Assembly: GCA_964631325.1 (NCBI GenBank)
Contig: CAZVWJ010000003.1
Coordinates: forward strand, 28,171 to 92,170
Origin: an uncultured bacterium
GTDB taxonomy: Bacteria > T1Sed10-126
Direction: 5' to 3'
Length of the DNA stretch: 64,000 bases
The notes beneath the pieces were generated by a model. It was not told where the DNA came from, did no database searches, and worked only from the letters and a program-made list of their open reading frames with translations. Positions 46,976-55,140 of this stretch are shown piece by piece (the first letter of the stretch is position 1; each line of letters starts with the position of its first letter). The translations under genes were made by a program, and so were the position numbers.

Positions 46976-47452
46976 TTACTCATTCAGAAGGCTGGTATCA
47001 ATCGGCGGTTCACCGTTGTCCAATCCGAATTCCTCTTTGTGAAATATCTCCAGTTTCTGTCGGGGCTCAGGGTAGGTCATCTGAGTTGTAGCTTCCCCGA
47101 AAGGCATCCACCAGTAATCTTTTAATTCGGAAGAGATACTCACCTCGACCTCGGGGCCCACTTCTCCGGGATATAGGTGAACCGTCTTTTTGTGCTCTTC
47201 CCCCTCTTCCTCGAAAGTATATTCTATCGTTTCCTCGGCCTCAACCTTTAACTTCACTTTCTCCGGGGGGATAGAGGTTTCCTGTTTTAACTGCCGCAGG
47301 GCTGCCTCGGTGATCTCTTCGTTTTCCTCTACGAGCCCTTTCGGAAAACTCCAGTGTCCCTTCGCGTAGTTCAACAAAAGATACTCTACTTCTTCTTCAT
47401 CCTTGCGAAAGGGAATAATTCCCGCGGAAACTTCTTTGACTTTTTCACTCAT
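46976..47452 (-). CDS. NUDIX hydrolase
   Basis: The Nudix box is GHWSFPKGLVEENEEITEAALRQLKQETSI. Confidence 0.8.
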   Translation of the reverse strand: MSEKVKEVSAGIIPFRKDEEEVEYLLLNYAKGHWSFPKGLVEENEEITEAALRQLKQETSIPPEKVKLKVEAEETIEYTFEEEGEEHKKTVHLYPGEVGPEVEVSISSELKDYWWMPFGEATTQMTYPEPRQKLEIFHKEEFGLDNGEPPIDTSLLNE

Positions 47453-47929
47453 AATAATTAGTCCTTTTGTTCTGATTTTTTACCTGTTTCCAGCAATTAC
47501 AATTTCATTAATTTTACCAAATAAAAACTTTACTATCAGCTACCATAAAATTATCTGTGAGCACCTGCTGATAATAAACTGCACAAAAGTTTAACATTTT
47601 CTTCTTGAATTCTCATATTCCTTGAGTTGGCAATTTATCAATCTATTTCAATCAGCCGGTTAAAAAGGGGCAGAACCGGTGCGAAATCAAAATTATCCCG
47701 TTAACCTGATTATAAATTGCTAACCTACATTGTGCCCGAAATTTTAGAATTTCGTGCATAATGTGTATCTACGATACAGCACTCAAGTCTGTATGAGCAA
47801 ATAAATCAAGTTATAATATTGTCCCGAAAAATTATAGACTGTTTTAAGGGAATATATTTGTTCTGCTTGAGTGCTGGGTTAACCCAGCCTACAATCGAGT
47901 AGTTTTATTGTGAAGCTTCACCGCTAAAA

Positions 47930-48075
47930 TTGCGTTGAGAGCCCTTTGCCAGCGCTAAACACTAAATATGGTGCCTCGATTGAAGGCTGTCCTTCGGACG
48001 GATAATTCACGACAGTTACGCTGTCGAGAATTATCCGGGCTAATTGCTTTTTTATCTCCGGCGGTTTATATTGTA
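47930..48075 (+). ncRNA. Candidate structured leader or attenuator RNA upstream of the lipoprotein gene
   Basis: GUCC-UUCG-GGAC tetraloop hairpin at 47987-48001. Perfect extended hairpin GGAUAAUUC-A-CGACAG-UUACG-CUGUCG-A-GAAUUAUCC at 48000-48036. A U-tract at 48049-48054. It sits in a 650-nt AT-rich intergenic region. Confidence 0.3.
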
Positions 48076-48102
48076 GTGTAGAGTTAAAATTTATTTGAAG
48101 GA

Positions 48103-48999
48103 GTGGTTGTCATGCGCTGCAAAATGAGGATTTTTTCTTTCCTGTTGGTGGGTATTTTACTTACCTCCTGTGGGTATTCCGAACAGCTTCAAATCAAGTA
48201 TGATTTACATCACGGTTCCCGGTGGAACAGCCGCCGGGACCGTATTGCCTTTATTGCTTCCAGCCGGGGCTATAGAAAACCGGCGGGATTAAATCGTTTT
48301 CCGGACGGAGGGATTCCCGAATATCTTCGGGAGGATGTCTCACTCTATCTTTTTGCACCAAAAAAGTTAACTTTGAAAAAATTATCAAGTTTTAATGACC
48401 TGGCTGAGATTGCCGGCTCCTATAGAAGTAGCTGGAAAACTAAACTTGTATTTACGGAGGGAAATATATATTTTCACGTCCGCCCGGTGATGGACTGGAA
48501 ATGGCATAAAAAGCAAGCTAAAAGTTCTGCGGAAATTGCCCGAATTAAAAAACTGGAAGAAAAATATGAAAAATTTTATCTCTACAACTCGAATAAAAAG
48601 ACAATAAATATGGTGAACGAATCTGTCTTTCAACAGAAATATTCCACCCAATCAGACTCCAAAAAAATTTCCCTGACAGAATTAAATAAAATGCTCGTCG
48701 ACGTTCCCCTGGCAAAATGGGGATTAATTGTTCAAGACATATATCCAAAACCAAGACGAGATTATATTAACAGTATAATTTATGCCCGAAATACAAATAG
48801 ATTAACCCGGCGCGCTATACTTGAGCAGATTGTTTCTGAGTTACCTCCGGAAAATATCAAAGATATCCTCACTCGGATGAACAGTTACAAAAATAAATTA
48901 AATGGCTATGAAAAGGAAAAATATGTAAAACAAACTTTTGAAATCCGCGAAAAACTTGAATCACTTCTGGCTTCTAAAAATAAGACTGTTAATAGCTGA
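48103..48999 (+). CDS. Hypothetical lipoprotein
   Basis: Lipobox LLTSCGYS. No recognised domain. Confidence 0.55.
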   Translation: MVVMRCKMRIFSFLLVGILLTSCGYSEQLQIKYDLHHGSRWNSRRDRIAFIASSRGYRKPAGLNRFPDGGIPEYLREDVSLYLFAPKKLTLKKLSSFNDLAEIAGSYRSSWKTKLVFTEGNIYFHVRPVMDWKWHKKQAKSSAEIARIKKLEEKYEKFYLYNSNKKTINMVNESVFQQKYSTQSDSKKISLTELNKMLVDVPLAKWGLIVQDIYPKPRRDYINSIIYARNTNRLTRRAILEQIVSELPPENIKDILTRMNSYKNKLNGYEKEKYVKQTFEIREKLESLLASKNKTVNS

Positions 49000-49206
49000 T
49001 CCCTTTCCCAGAAAATTATAACCTCCCATAATTGCCTTTGTCCCCGAGCCCCCTCGGAGCCTTGTTGGAGGAAATACATAATTGCGTTAATTTTTCCTGT
49101 TATTTGAGTTTTTTACCATTTTTGTACGCACAAACTCAAGAAAGTTGTTGACTTAGGGGAGTCAAAATTGGTAAAATAAAAATAGAGTCAAAGAAAAAAG
49201 AAACAA

Positions 49207-49232
49207 GCGGGGCCACCCGCTCTTTTTTTATG
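49207..49232 (+). terminator. Rho-independent terminator gcggg-gcca-cccgc followed by T7
   Basis: Hairpin plus ctcttttttta. A sigma70-like promoter TTGACT-N18-TAAAAT sits at 49148-49177, about 30 nt upstream. Confidence 0.55.
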
Positions 49233-49524
49233 TACACTCCTCTCCCCTGTAATTTCTTTTCCTTAGCTTAATATTCAAGTGAAATGTAAAATTTGGAAGG
49301 CTGACACTGCGAGGGTGGCTGTTTTTTTATGCAGGTTTGCTGGCTCACCTGGTCGCCGCTTCGCTGATTTAACCCATTTCCCTCGGGCTTCTGCCCAATT
49401 TTTCATTTTGAGTTATTTAACAGCTTTGCTCCTTCGGGGATTTTTCTTTTGCAACAACTTAAAAAGTTAAAGTACGAGACCGGGTTTAGGGTTTTTTATA
49501 ACCTCTATTCGTCTACCTCACTGT

Positions 49525-50319
49525 CTATGCTGAAGCCACTGTTTTTTTCTCCTCTTCAATGCGATCATTGGCAAGATCTACATATTCCTCATCTAACTCT
49601 ATTCCTATCCAACGGCGGTTATATCTTTCCGCTATTACCCCCGTTGTTCCCGTACCAATAAATGGATCTATGATCAAGTCTTCTTCATTGCTACCTATCA
49701 AAACTATTCGCTTTAGTAATTCTTCCGGTTTTTGTGTTGGATGAGCGGCACGCCCATTTTTACCTTTTATGCGTTCATTCCCCTGGCATAACGGTAGTCT
49801 CCACATATCCCTCATTTGCTTTTCCTTGCCATTTTTTCTTTTCTCAGGATTAATCTTTTTAGAAACATCATAGTTAAACACCCAGTTTTCTCCCTTTACT
49901 CCCCAAACGATATACTCACATGAATGCGTCAGTGTTCGTTTTGTCATGTTGGGCATTGAATTTGTTTTATACCACGTTATTACGTTGTTGATTTTGAACC
50001 CTAAGTTTTTCATGTTAGTCATAACTTCACCTAAATTGTGATACGTGCACGAAGTGAAAAGTGACCCATTGTCTTTTAGTAGTCGGTCAACACCTTTAAT
50101 CCATGCGTAAGTAAATTTGTAGTATTCCTGCTCTGACATTTTGTCCCAGTCCTCATCGACCATATACCAATCGCCGCCTGTTTGATTTCCCTCCCACTGC
50201 AAGCCATTTCCGGAAAGATTATATGGAGGGTCAGCAAAAACTAGCTGAACACTATTTTTAGGCAAATCTGCCATTACCTGTGTTGCTTCCCCTTGAATTA
50301 TTCTGTTTAAATCTTCCAT
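49525..50319 (-). CDS. DNA methyltransferase, beta class (N6-adenine or N4-cytosine, DPPY)
   Basis: VFADPPYNL is motif IV, placed before the AdoMet motif as in the beta class. The ATG overlaps the upstream stop as ATAATG, which implies coupling. The local sequence is AT-rich. Confidence 0.8.
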   Translation of the reverse strand: MEDLNRIIQGEATQVMADLPKNSVQLVFADPPYNLSGNGLQWEGNQTGGDWYMVDEDWDKMSEQEYYKFTYAWIKGVDRLLKDNGSLFTSCTYHNLGEVMTNMKNLGFKINNVITWYKTNSMPNMTKRTLTHSCEYIVWGVKGENWVFNYDVSKKINPEKRKNGKEKQMRDMWRLPLCQGNERIKGKNGRAAHPTQKPEELLKRIVLIGSNEEDLIIDPFIGTGTTGVIAERYNRRWIGIELDEEYVDLANDRIEEEKKTVASA

Positions 50320-52184
50320 TATGCGACCCTTTCTCTTTGGCTTTCTAACCAATTTTCTATTCTTTCCTGATTTTCTTCCATCCATTCATCCACTTCATTA
50401 AACCTCTCAAGATTTTCAAATCTCTCAGTTAAAAATTCGTGAAATTCTTCCCTGTCAATCTTCGTTCCATTTTCTTTTAATTCCAATTCTGTTTTCATTA
50501 TCTTGATGAATTGATCCAGGGTAAGCGGTAGTATTTTCAGGTTTTCCCCTTCATATCCGTGACATATACCGGACCAAAATTGGTTAATTGTGTCACGGTG
50601 CAAAGAGGGGGCCACGAAAATACTGAAAACTTCCTCCCCCTCATCAATTTCTTTGAGGAAATCTTTTATGTGGCGTTGGACTGGTTGGCCTTCGTTATAC
50701 CACTGATCCCGGGACTGCAATAACGTAACTTCACCCACTATGTGAAAATAATCGTAGTCCCCAGTAATATCTGGTTGATTCCCGGGAGCATGGCATGTTG
50801 GGTTATTTTCATCGTCTACGGGATAGTTCCCTTTTATGTGTTCGGCGTCATTAAATGCTTTTAATGCTTGCGTTATAAAATGTTCAAACCACATTGCCCT
50901 ATCGTGAAACGAATATATATCTTCTAACGCTTCAATCACCTTTCTAAATTCTTCTGGCTGATAGAGCCTCTTATCTTCTCTTATTTCTAAGAGGGTCGCT
51001 CTATACTCCCGGCCTCTCTCGATTATCTGTTCTACCTCGTTGATTGATAGTTTCTGTGGAGCCTGACTTGAAAGTCCCTCAAATATTTCTCTTTCTGCGT
51101 AACCTATTTCCTTTTCATCTAATTCTCTTTTTATTCTCTCAAGGTCTTCTTTCACTTTTTCCCATATCTTTAAAAGGGACTTTTTCGTCGCCCAAGGGAC
51201 GCTAAAAGTTTCCGGATCCCGGAGAAACGATAAATATTCCCTCTGACTATCAAATCTTCGTGGGGCTGGGTTTGTGTCTTCAAGTAGTTTCTTTATTTCA
51301 ATTTCTTTATATGGCGATAAATCGAAATATCTTCCATTTCCTCTGAATACAAAAAACTCAGTCAAGTGTAGGTACCTTCTTGAATTATCTCCGTAATCCC
51401 CCAAATTATTTACTTTTCTATCTATGGCGTCTTCTCCTTCAACATCAAAAAAGTCCTTTGCGAATTTCCTCTTATATTGCTCTATGTATTTCTTTTGCTC
51501 TTCACGGTTTCTTGAGCGAACATTTTGCTTAAAATTCAACAGGCGCTCTACTGACTGGTCTATGTCCGTATAATCAATGGTCGTTGATACGAATAAATTA
51601 AATTCGTGGTGACTTACTCCAACAGGAGGATTACCTTGTTCTTCCCACTTCTCGTTCACTTTATGAATTATTTCAAGAGTGGCTCTAAATGGTTTTATGC
51701 AGAATCCATCTTTGCTTCTAAAACTTCTTGATTCTGCGGGATTGGGTAATTCCCACTTATAGAAGAAGTTTTTCATAACTTCTTTTAGGCCAATTTCTTC
51801 TTTTATTAACTGCTCACCTAACGGGGAAATTTTAACTGGCCCTTCGCTCTTTTTGGCCAAACATAGTCCCATTTTGTTTAATGGTGCTACAGAATTCCTC
51901 CCTCTCATGCTTGGGTCCCTATAATCCTTGTGTTCAAAAATTCTTTTAGCAACCTCATATGGGATTTCTGGCCTTGTGCTGTTCAAGTGTTCTATATCAT
52001 CTCGCGTCAATTTTTTATTTGTCGGCTCATAAATACGGTGTTGAATTAATCGTATTTGGTAATCGATTTGATCTTTTTTCCCAAACTTCTTTCCTTTGAA
52101 ATATTTATCTAAAATCCGTAGGAAATTTCTTACTCGCTCTGGATTTCTTACTGTGGTTGAAAGGCTCCATGGCTTTTTTGCCAT
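50319..52184 (-). CDS. Putative Type II (IIS-like) restriction endonuclease of 621 aa
   Basis: A large ORF between two methyltransferases and translationally coupled to the downstream one. I cannot name the family with confidence. The N-terminus KPWSLSTTVRNPER is reminiscent of AlwI-family enzymes. Confidence 0.45.
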   Translation of the reverse strand: MAKKPWSLSTTVRNPERVRNFLRILDKYFKGKKFGKKDQIDYQIRLIQHRIYEPTNKKLTRDDIEHLNSTRPEIPYEVAKRIFEHKDYRDPSMRGRNSVAPLNKMGLCLAKKSEGPVKISPLGEQLIKEEIGLKEVMKNFFYKWELPNPAESRSFRSKDGFCIKPFRATLEIIHKVNEKWEEQGNPPVGVSHHEFNLFVSTTIDYTDIDQSVERLLNFKQNVRSRNREEQKKYIEQYKRKFAKDFFDVEGEDAIDRKVNNLGDYGDNSRRYLHLTEFFVFRGNGRYFDLSPYKEIEIKKLLEDTNPAPRRFDSQREYLSFLRDPETFSVPWATKKSLLKIWEKVKEDLERIKRELDEKEIGYAEREIFEGLSSQAPQKLSINEVEQIIERGREYRATLLEIREDKRLYQPEEFRKVIEALEDIYSFHDRAMWFEHFITQALKAFNDAEHIKGNYPVDDENNPTCHAPGNQPDITGDYDYFHIVGEVTLLQSRDQWYNEGQPVQRHIKDFLKEIDEGEEVFSIFVAPSLHRDTINQFWSGICHGYEGENLKILPLTLDQFIKIMKTELELKENGTKIDREEFHEFLTERFENLERFNEVDEWMEENQERIENWLESQRERVA

Positions 52185-52209
52185 TCTTTTTCATTCACCT
52201 TTTCACGAT

Positions 52210-53256
52210 TTATATTTTGCACAAAAACACTCTTTCTTTGTGATCCTTTATATCGTCCTGTCCCGCCGAGAAGTTCTGGTGCTCAGCATCAAATACTTTT
52301 ACTTTCCCTTTATTTTCTAAAACCGTCATTATTTCTCTGTCTGATATTTTGGCATTTGATCTTGAATCCCCTTTTTTCCCTATATTGTTGTATGAAACAA
52401 GAATCCATTTCGCTGATATTGATTTAATTAAGTCGTCAAAAACTTCCGGGGCTTCTTTTCGACAATAATCACTTTTCAAATTTGAACGATCCATTTTCGC
52501 GGCCTTCCCGAATACAGGTGGTTTATTCCAACGGGCCAAGTTTTCAAGTAAATGATAGGTGTCACAATACTGCCTCGAGTTATAAGGTGGGTCAATATAA
52601 GCTATATCCACTTCTGTTTTTTTCGCTAATTCATTGGCATCTTCCTGAAAAATTTCATTATTTTTATTCTCTGTTTTATCTATTTTTGGTTTTCTTAGTT
52701 CTATTTTTTTTTGCTTCTCTGGTTGTCCTCGATAAGCGTCGTAATGTCCACAAGTATTAGCAATACGGTCAGCAGCATACATTAAAGAAGTCAGCAAAAT
52801 ATTTTTCTCTTTCTCGTTCAATTCATTATTTTCATTTTTCTTTTCTATTAAATCTCGTATTTCTCCGATTTTTTTTGCGTTTTTTTCAGAAAAATATTTA
52901 CCACCAAAATTCTTATAAAAATAGTTATCGGACTCTCCCTTTAATCTATTAAATTTATTTAAGTAATGCTCCACTTTTTTTTCATTGTATGGATTTTTCG
53001 ATAACCAGCACGACAAAGATACAAAATTACTGTATAGATAATCATTGGATATTATTTTCTTTTTTCCTGAATTTAGTGTGTGTCCTATAATTCCAGTACC
53101 AGCAAACAAGTCGGCAAAACTATCCCATTCAGGACAGTATTCATCTACTATTTTTTCGATAAATTTTTTTAGCTTATATTTACTTCCCAAGTAGCGTCTA
53201 TTTTGAATCTTTAAATTTTTCAGTTTTCTTTCAAATAATGATTTTGTAACTGCCAT
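52210..53256 (-). CDS. Dam-like (D12/alpha class) N6-adenine DNA methyltransferase
   Basis: RYLGSKYKL, DLFAGTG and IDPPYN motifs in alpha-class order. Confidence 0.8.
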   Translation of the reverse strand: MAVTKSLFERKLKNLKIQNRRYLGSKYKLKKFIEKIVDEYCPEWDSFADLFAGTGIIGHTLNSGKKKIISNDYLYSNFVSLSCWLSKNPYNEKKVEHYLNKFNRLKGESDNYFYKNFGGKYFSEKNAKKIGEIRDLIEKKNENNELNEKEKNILLTSLMYAADRIANTCGHYDAYRGQPEKQKKIELRKPKIDKTENKNNEIFQEDANELAKKTEVDIAYIDPPYNSRQYCDTYHLLENLARWNKPPVFGKAAKMDRSNLKSDYCRKEAPEVFDDLIKSISAKWILVSYNNIGKKGDSRSNAKISDREIMTVLENKGKVKVFDAEHQNFSAGQDDIKDHKERVFLCKI

Positions 53257-53789
53257 AAATTCTATTCCTCCTGCAAAATGACTTCAACTAATATTAAACC
53301 CTATTTTCGTTGGTTTACTCTGTTTGTCCCTGGTTAACGCTCTACGAATTTCTTGTTCCGTAATCATTTAATAACCAAGGGCTGTTGGACTATTTTTCTG
53401 ATCTACTTCTCCAAGTTCTCTCGGGGGTCTCCATTATTAGCCAGGTAAACCGCAGCTTGTATGATGGGGTGGTGGCGTTCTCTGACATCAAATTAGATTT
53501 TGTACTTTTGGTTTTAAAGTTGTTCAATAATCGAAAATTATAGTGTTTAGAATTAGAGCCTGAACTCCCAATTTGTAGCAATCCTACCAACCTAAAACTT
53601 AATTTTAACAGAAGAATCGCTGGATAAAAGTAGGCAGAGGCCTTGAAAACGAAGTTTTCGACAGTTCCTTATTCATAGTTGACTGTTCGTATGTTTTTCT
53701 ACATTCAGGCCACAAAATTTAGTATCGGCCAACTTTTGTATACAAACTATTACCTCCGGTAAAAACTTACACCAGAAAATGAAAAATAA

Positions 53790-53957
53790 TCATGACAATT
53801 TTACTAATTCTTCGGGCATTTCGTCCCAGGTTTCGCCTTTGAATTCGCGGCCGTTTTCTTTTTTGGAGCGTTTTTTTCCGTCCGGTCCATAGGCGCCCCA
53901 CTGTTTGAAGAAAAACGGAACGTCCTGGTCCCGGCCGCCTTCAAAATTCTTCAGGAC
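53790..53957 (-). pseudogene. C-terminal remnant of a phage Gp37/Gp68 (DUF5131) family gene
   Basis: The minus-strand frame reads [51 protein letters not shown]. The FFFKQWG...G(R)xxDGxTWDE(M/L)P end is characteristic of this family. An in-frame stop lies upstream, and no N-terminal part is found. Confidence 0.5.
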
Positions 53958-54202
53958 CTAGTCCGGGTCCATCCGGCACGCATTGTGTTCGCTCCCTGCT
54001 TCTGCACCGATTTTTTCTTTGCTTTCTTCCAAACACAATCTTACCTGATTTTTGGGGGAATTTTAATTATTTTCGGGGGTCAACAACTATTTATTATGTT
54101 GCCGCAGTCCCGGAATTTTTTCGGGTGGATTCTCCCGTTATTTTAACGTTCGTACGATCGTTAGAATATTAGAACGTTTTTATTTCCAGAACATCTTGAG
54201 TT

Positions 54203-54313
54203 ACTAAGTACACGCTCTCCGAAAAGGGTCTAAAATCTCCTCCCCCTTGACCTTTCCCCCTCACCCTGACCCTCTCCCGCCAGGGGAGAGGGGACTTTTC
54301 GGAGAGGCTCTAA
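54203..54313. repeat. 110-bp repeat, family B, copy 2
   Basis: About 96% identical to 18197-18307 and includes the ccctctccc-gccag-gggagaggg hairpin. Confidence 0.85.
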
Positions 54314-54529
54314 GTAATTAAGTGATTGAGGGATTGAGTGACAGCAAAAGCAACGGCAAAGACAAAATCAAGGTCAAAATGGATTCCCGGATCGGAGCCC
54401 GGGAATGATGACTTATTGTAGCCTGTATTGCCGGATCGGGGGGCAGAATAACTATATGCGCAAAATCAACTTCAAGATCTTTTTCACCCCCAACTTGTAT
54501 TCTTCCCCCATCCAGGGGGAAGAAACTTG

Positions 54530-54925
54530 TTACCAGGGCGAGCGAAGCCGGGTATAACGGTGGTGAGGATTGCGGATTAAAAAATTAACTGAGATATTCA
54601 TGGACCAGCTTTTCACTTTCTCTTGTTTTTCTTCCCGGCAGTTTCCCTGATTTTTTAGCTCGCCGGGGGTAAGTTCTACTGTTTCTAATTTTTTATCCGC
54701 CTCATTATCCTCCAGGAAATACCCCGACGACTCCGCCTCTGGGGAGGTATAGTCACAGGGGGCAACGTGTTTACCGTTCTTTAGCTCCACAAAAACGTGC
54801 AGAAACTTCTCCGTACAGCCGCTGGCAGTATAAACACCCAGCGCAACCTCCTCACAGTTCAGGTTCCGATCCTTCCTGAGCTTCCGAAAAAAGATAGCGT
54901 CCCGTTCAGGATCTTTCGCCGCCAT
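54530..54925 (-). CDS. Hypothetical protein
   Basis: The start is taken at MAAKDPERD. Cys-containing, with no recognised family. Confidence 0.35.
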   Translation of the reverse strand: MAAKDPERDAIFFRKLRKDRNLNCEEVALGVYTASGCTEKFLHVFVELKNGKHVAPCDYTSPEAESSGYFLEDNEADKKLETVELTPGELKNQGNCREEKQEKVKSWSMNISVNFLIRNPHHRYTRLRSPW

Positions 54926-55140
54926 ATAATCACCTTTTTCTCGAAATTTCGCTGTCCTTATTATAAAAGGCGGGCAAAAGGGCGGCAATAAGTTAGCTTA
55001 TAACTACATGTAATTTTCCAGAGGACGGAGGGATAAACTTTGTTCCGGGGTGCGTGTTGGAGATCAAGTTCAAAACCAAGAATAACGCAAAGAAGCAGAG
55101 GCACAAAGGAAAGCGGGGAGCGTGGTGACGTGATTGAAGG

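Noticed and set aside
47870-48075. Assignment to a specific riboswitch class (TPP, SAM, c-di-GMP, glycine or guanidine)
   Set aside because: The conserved core sequences of these classes were not found, so it is kept as a generic structured leader.
53984-54130. A search for the N-terminal part of the Gp37/Gp68 gene
   Set aside because: All three minus-strand frames hit stops within 15 codons, and there is no Cys-rich N-terminal motif. Only a C-terminal remnant is present.
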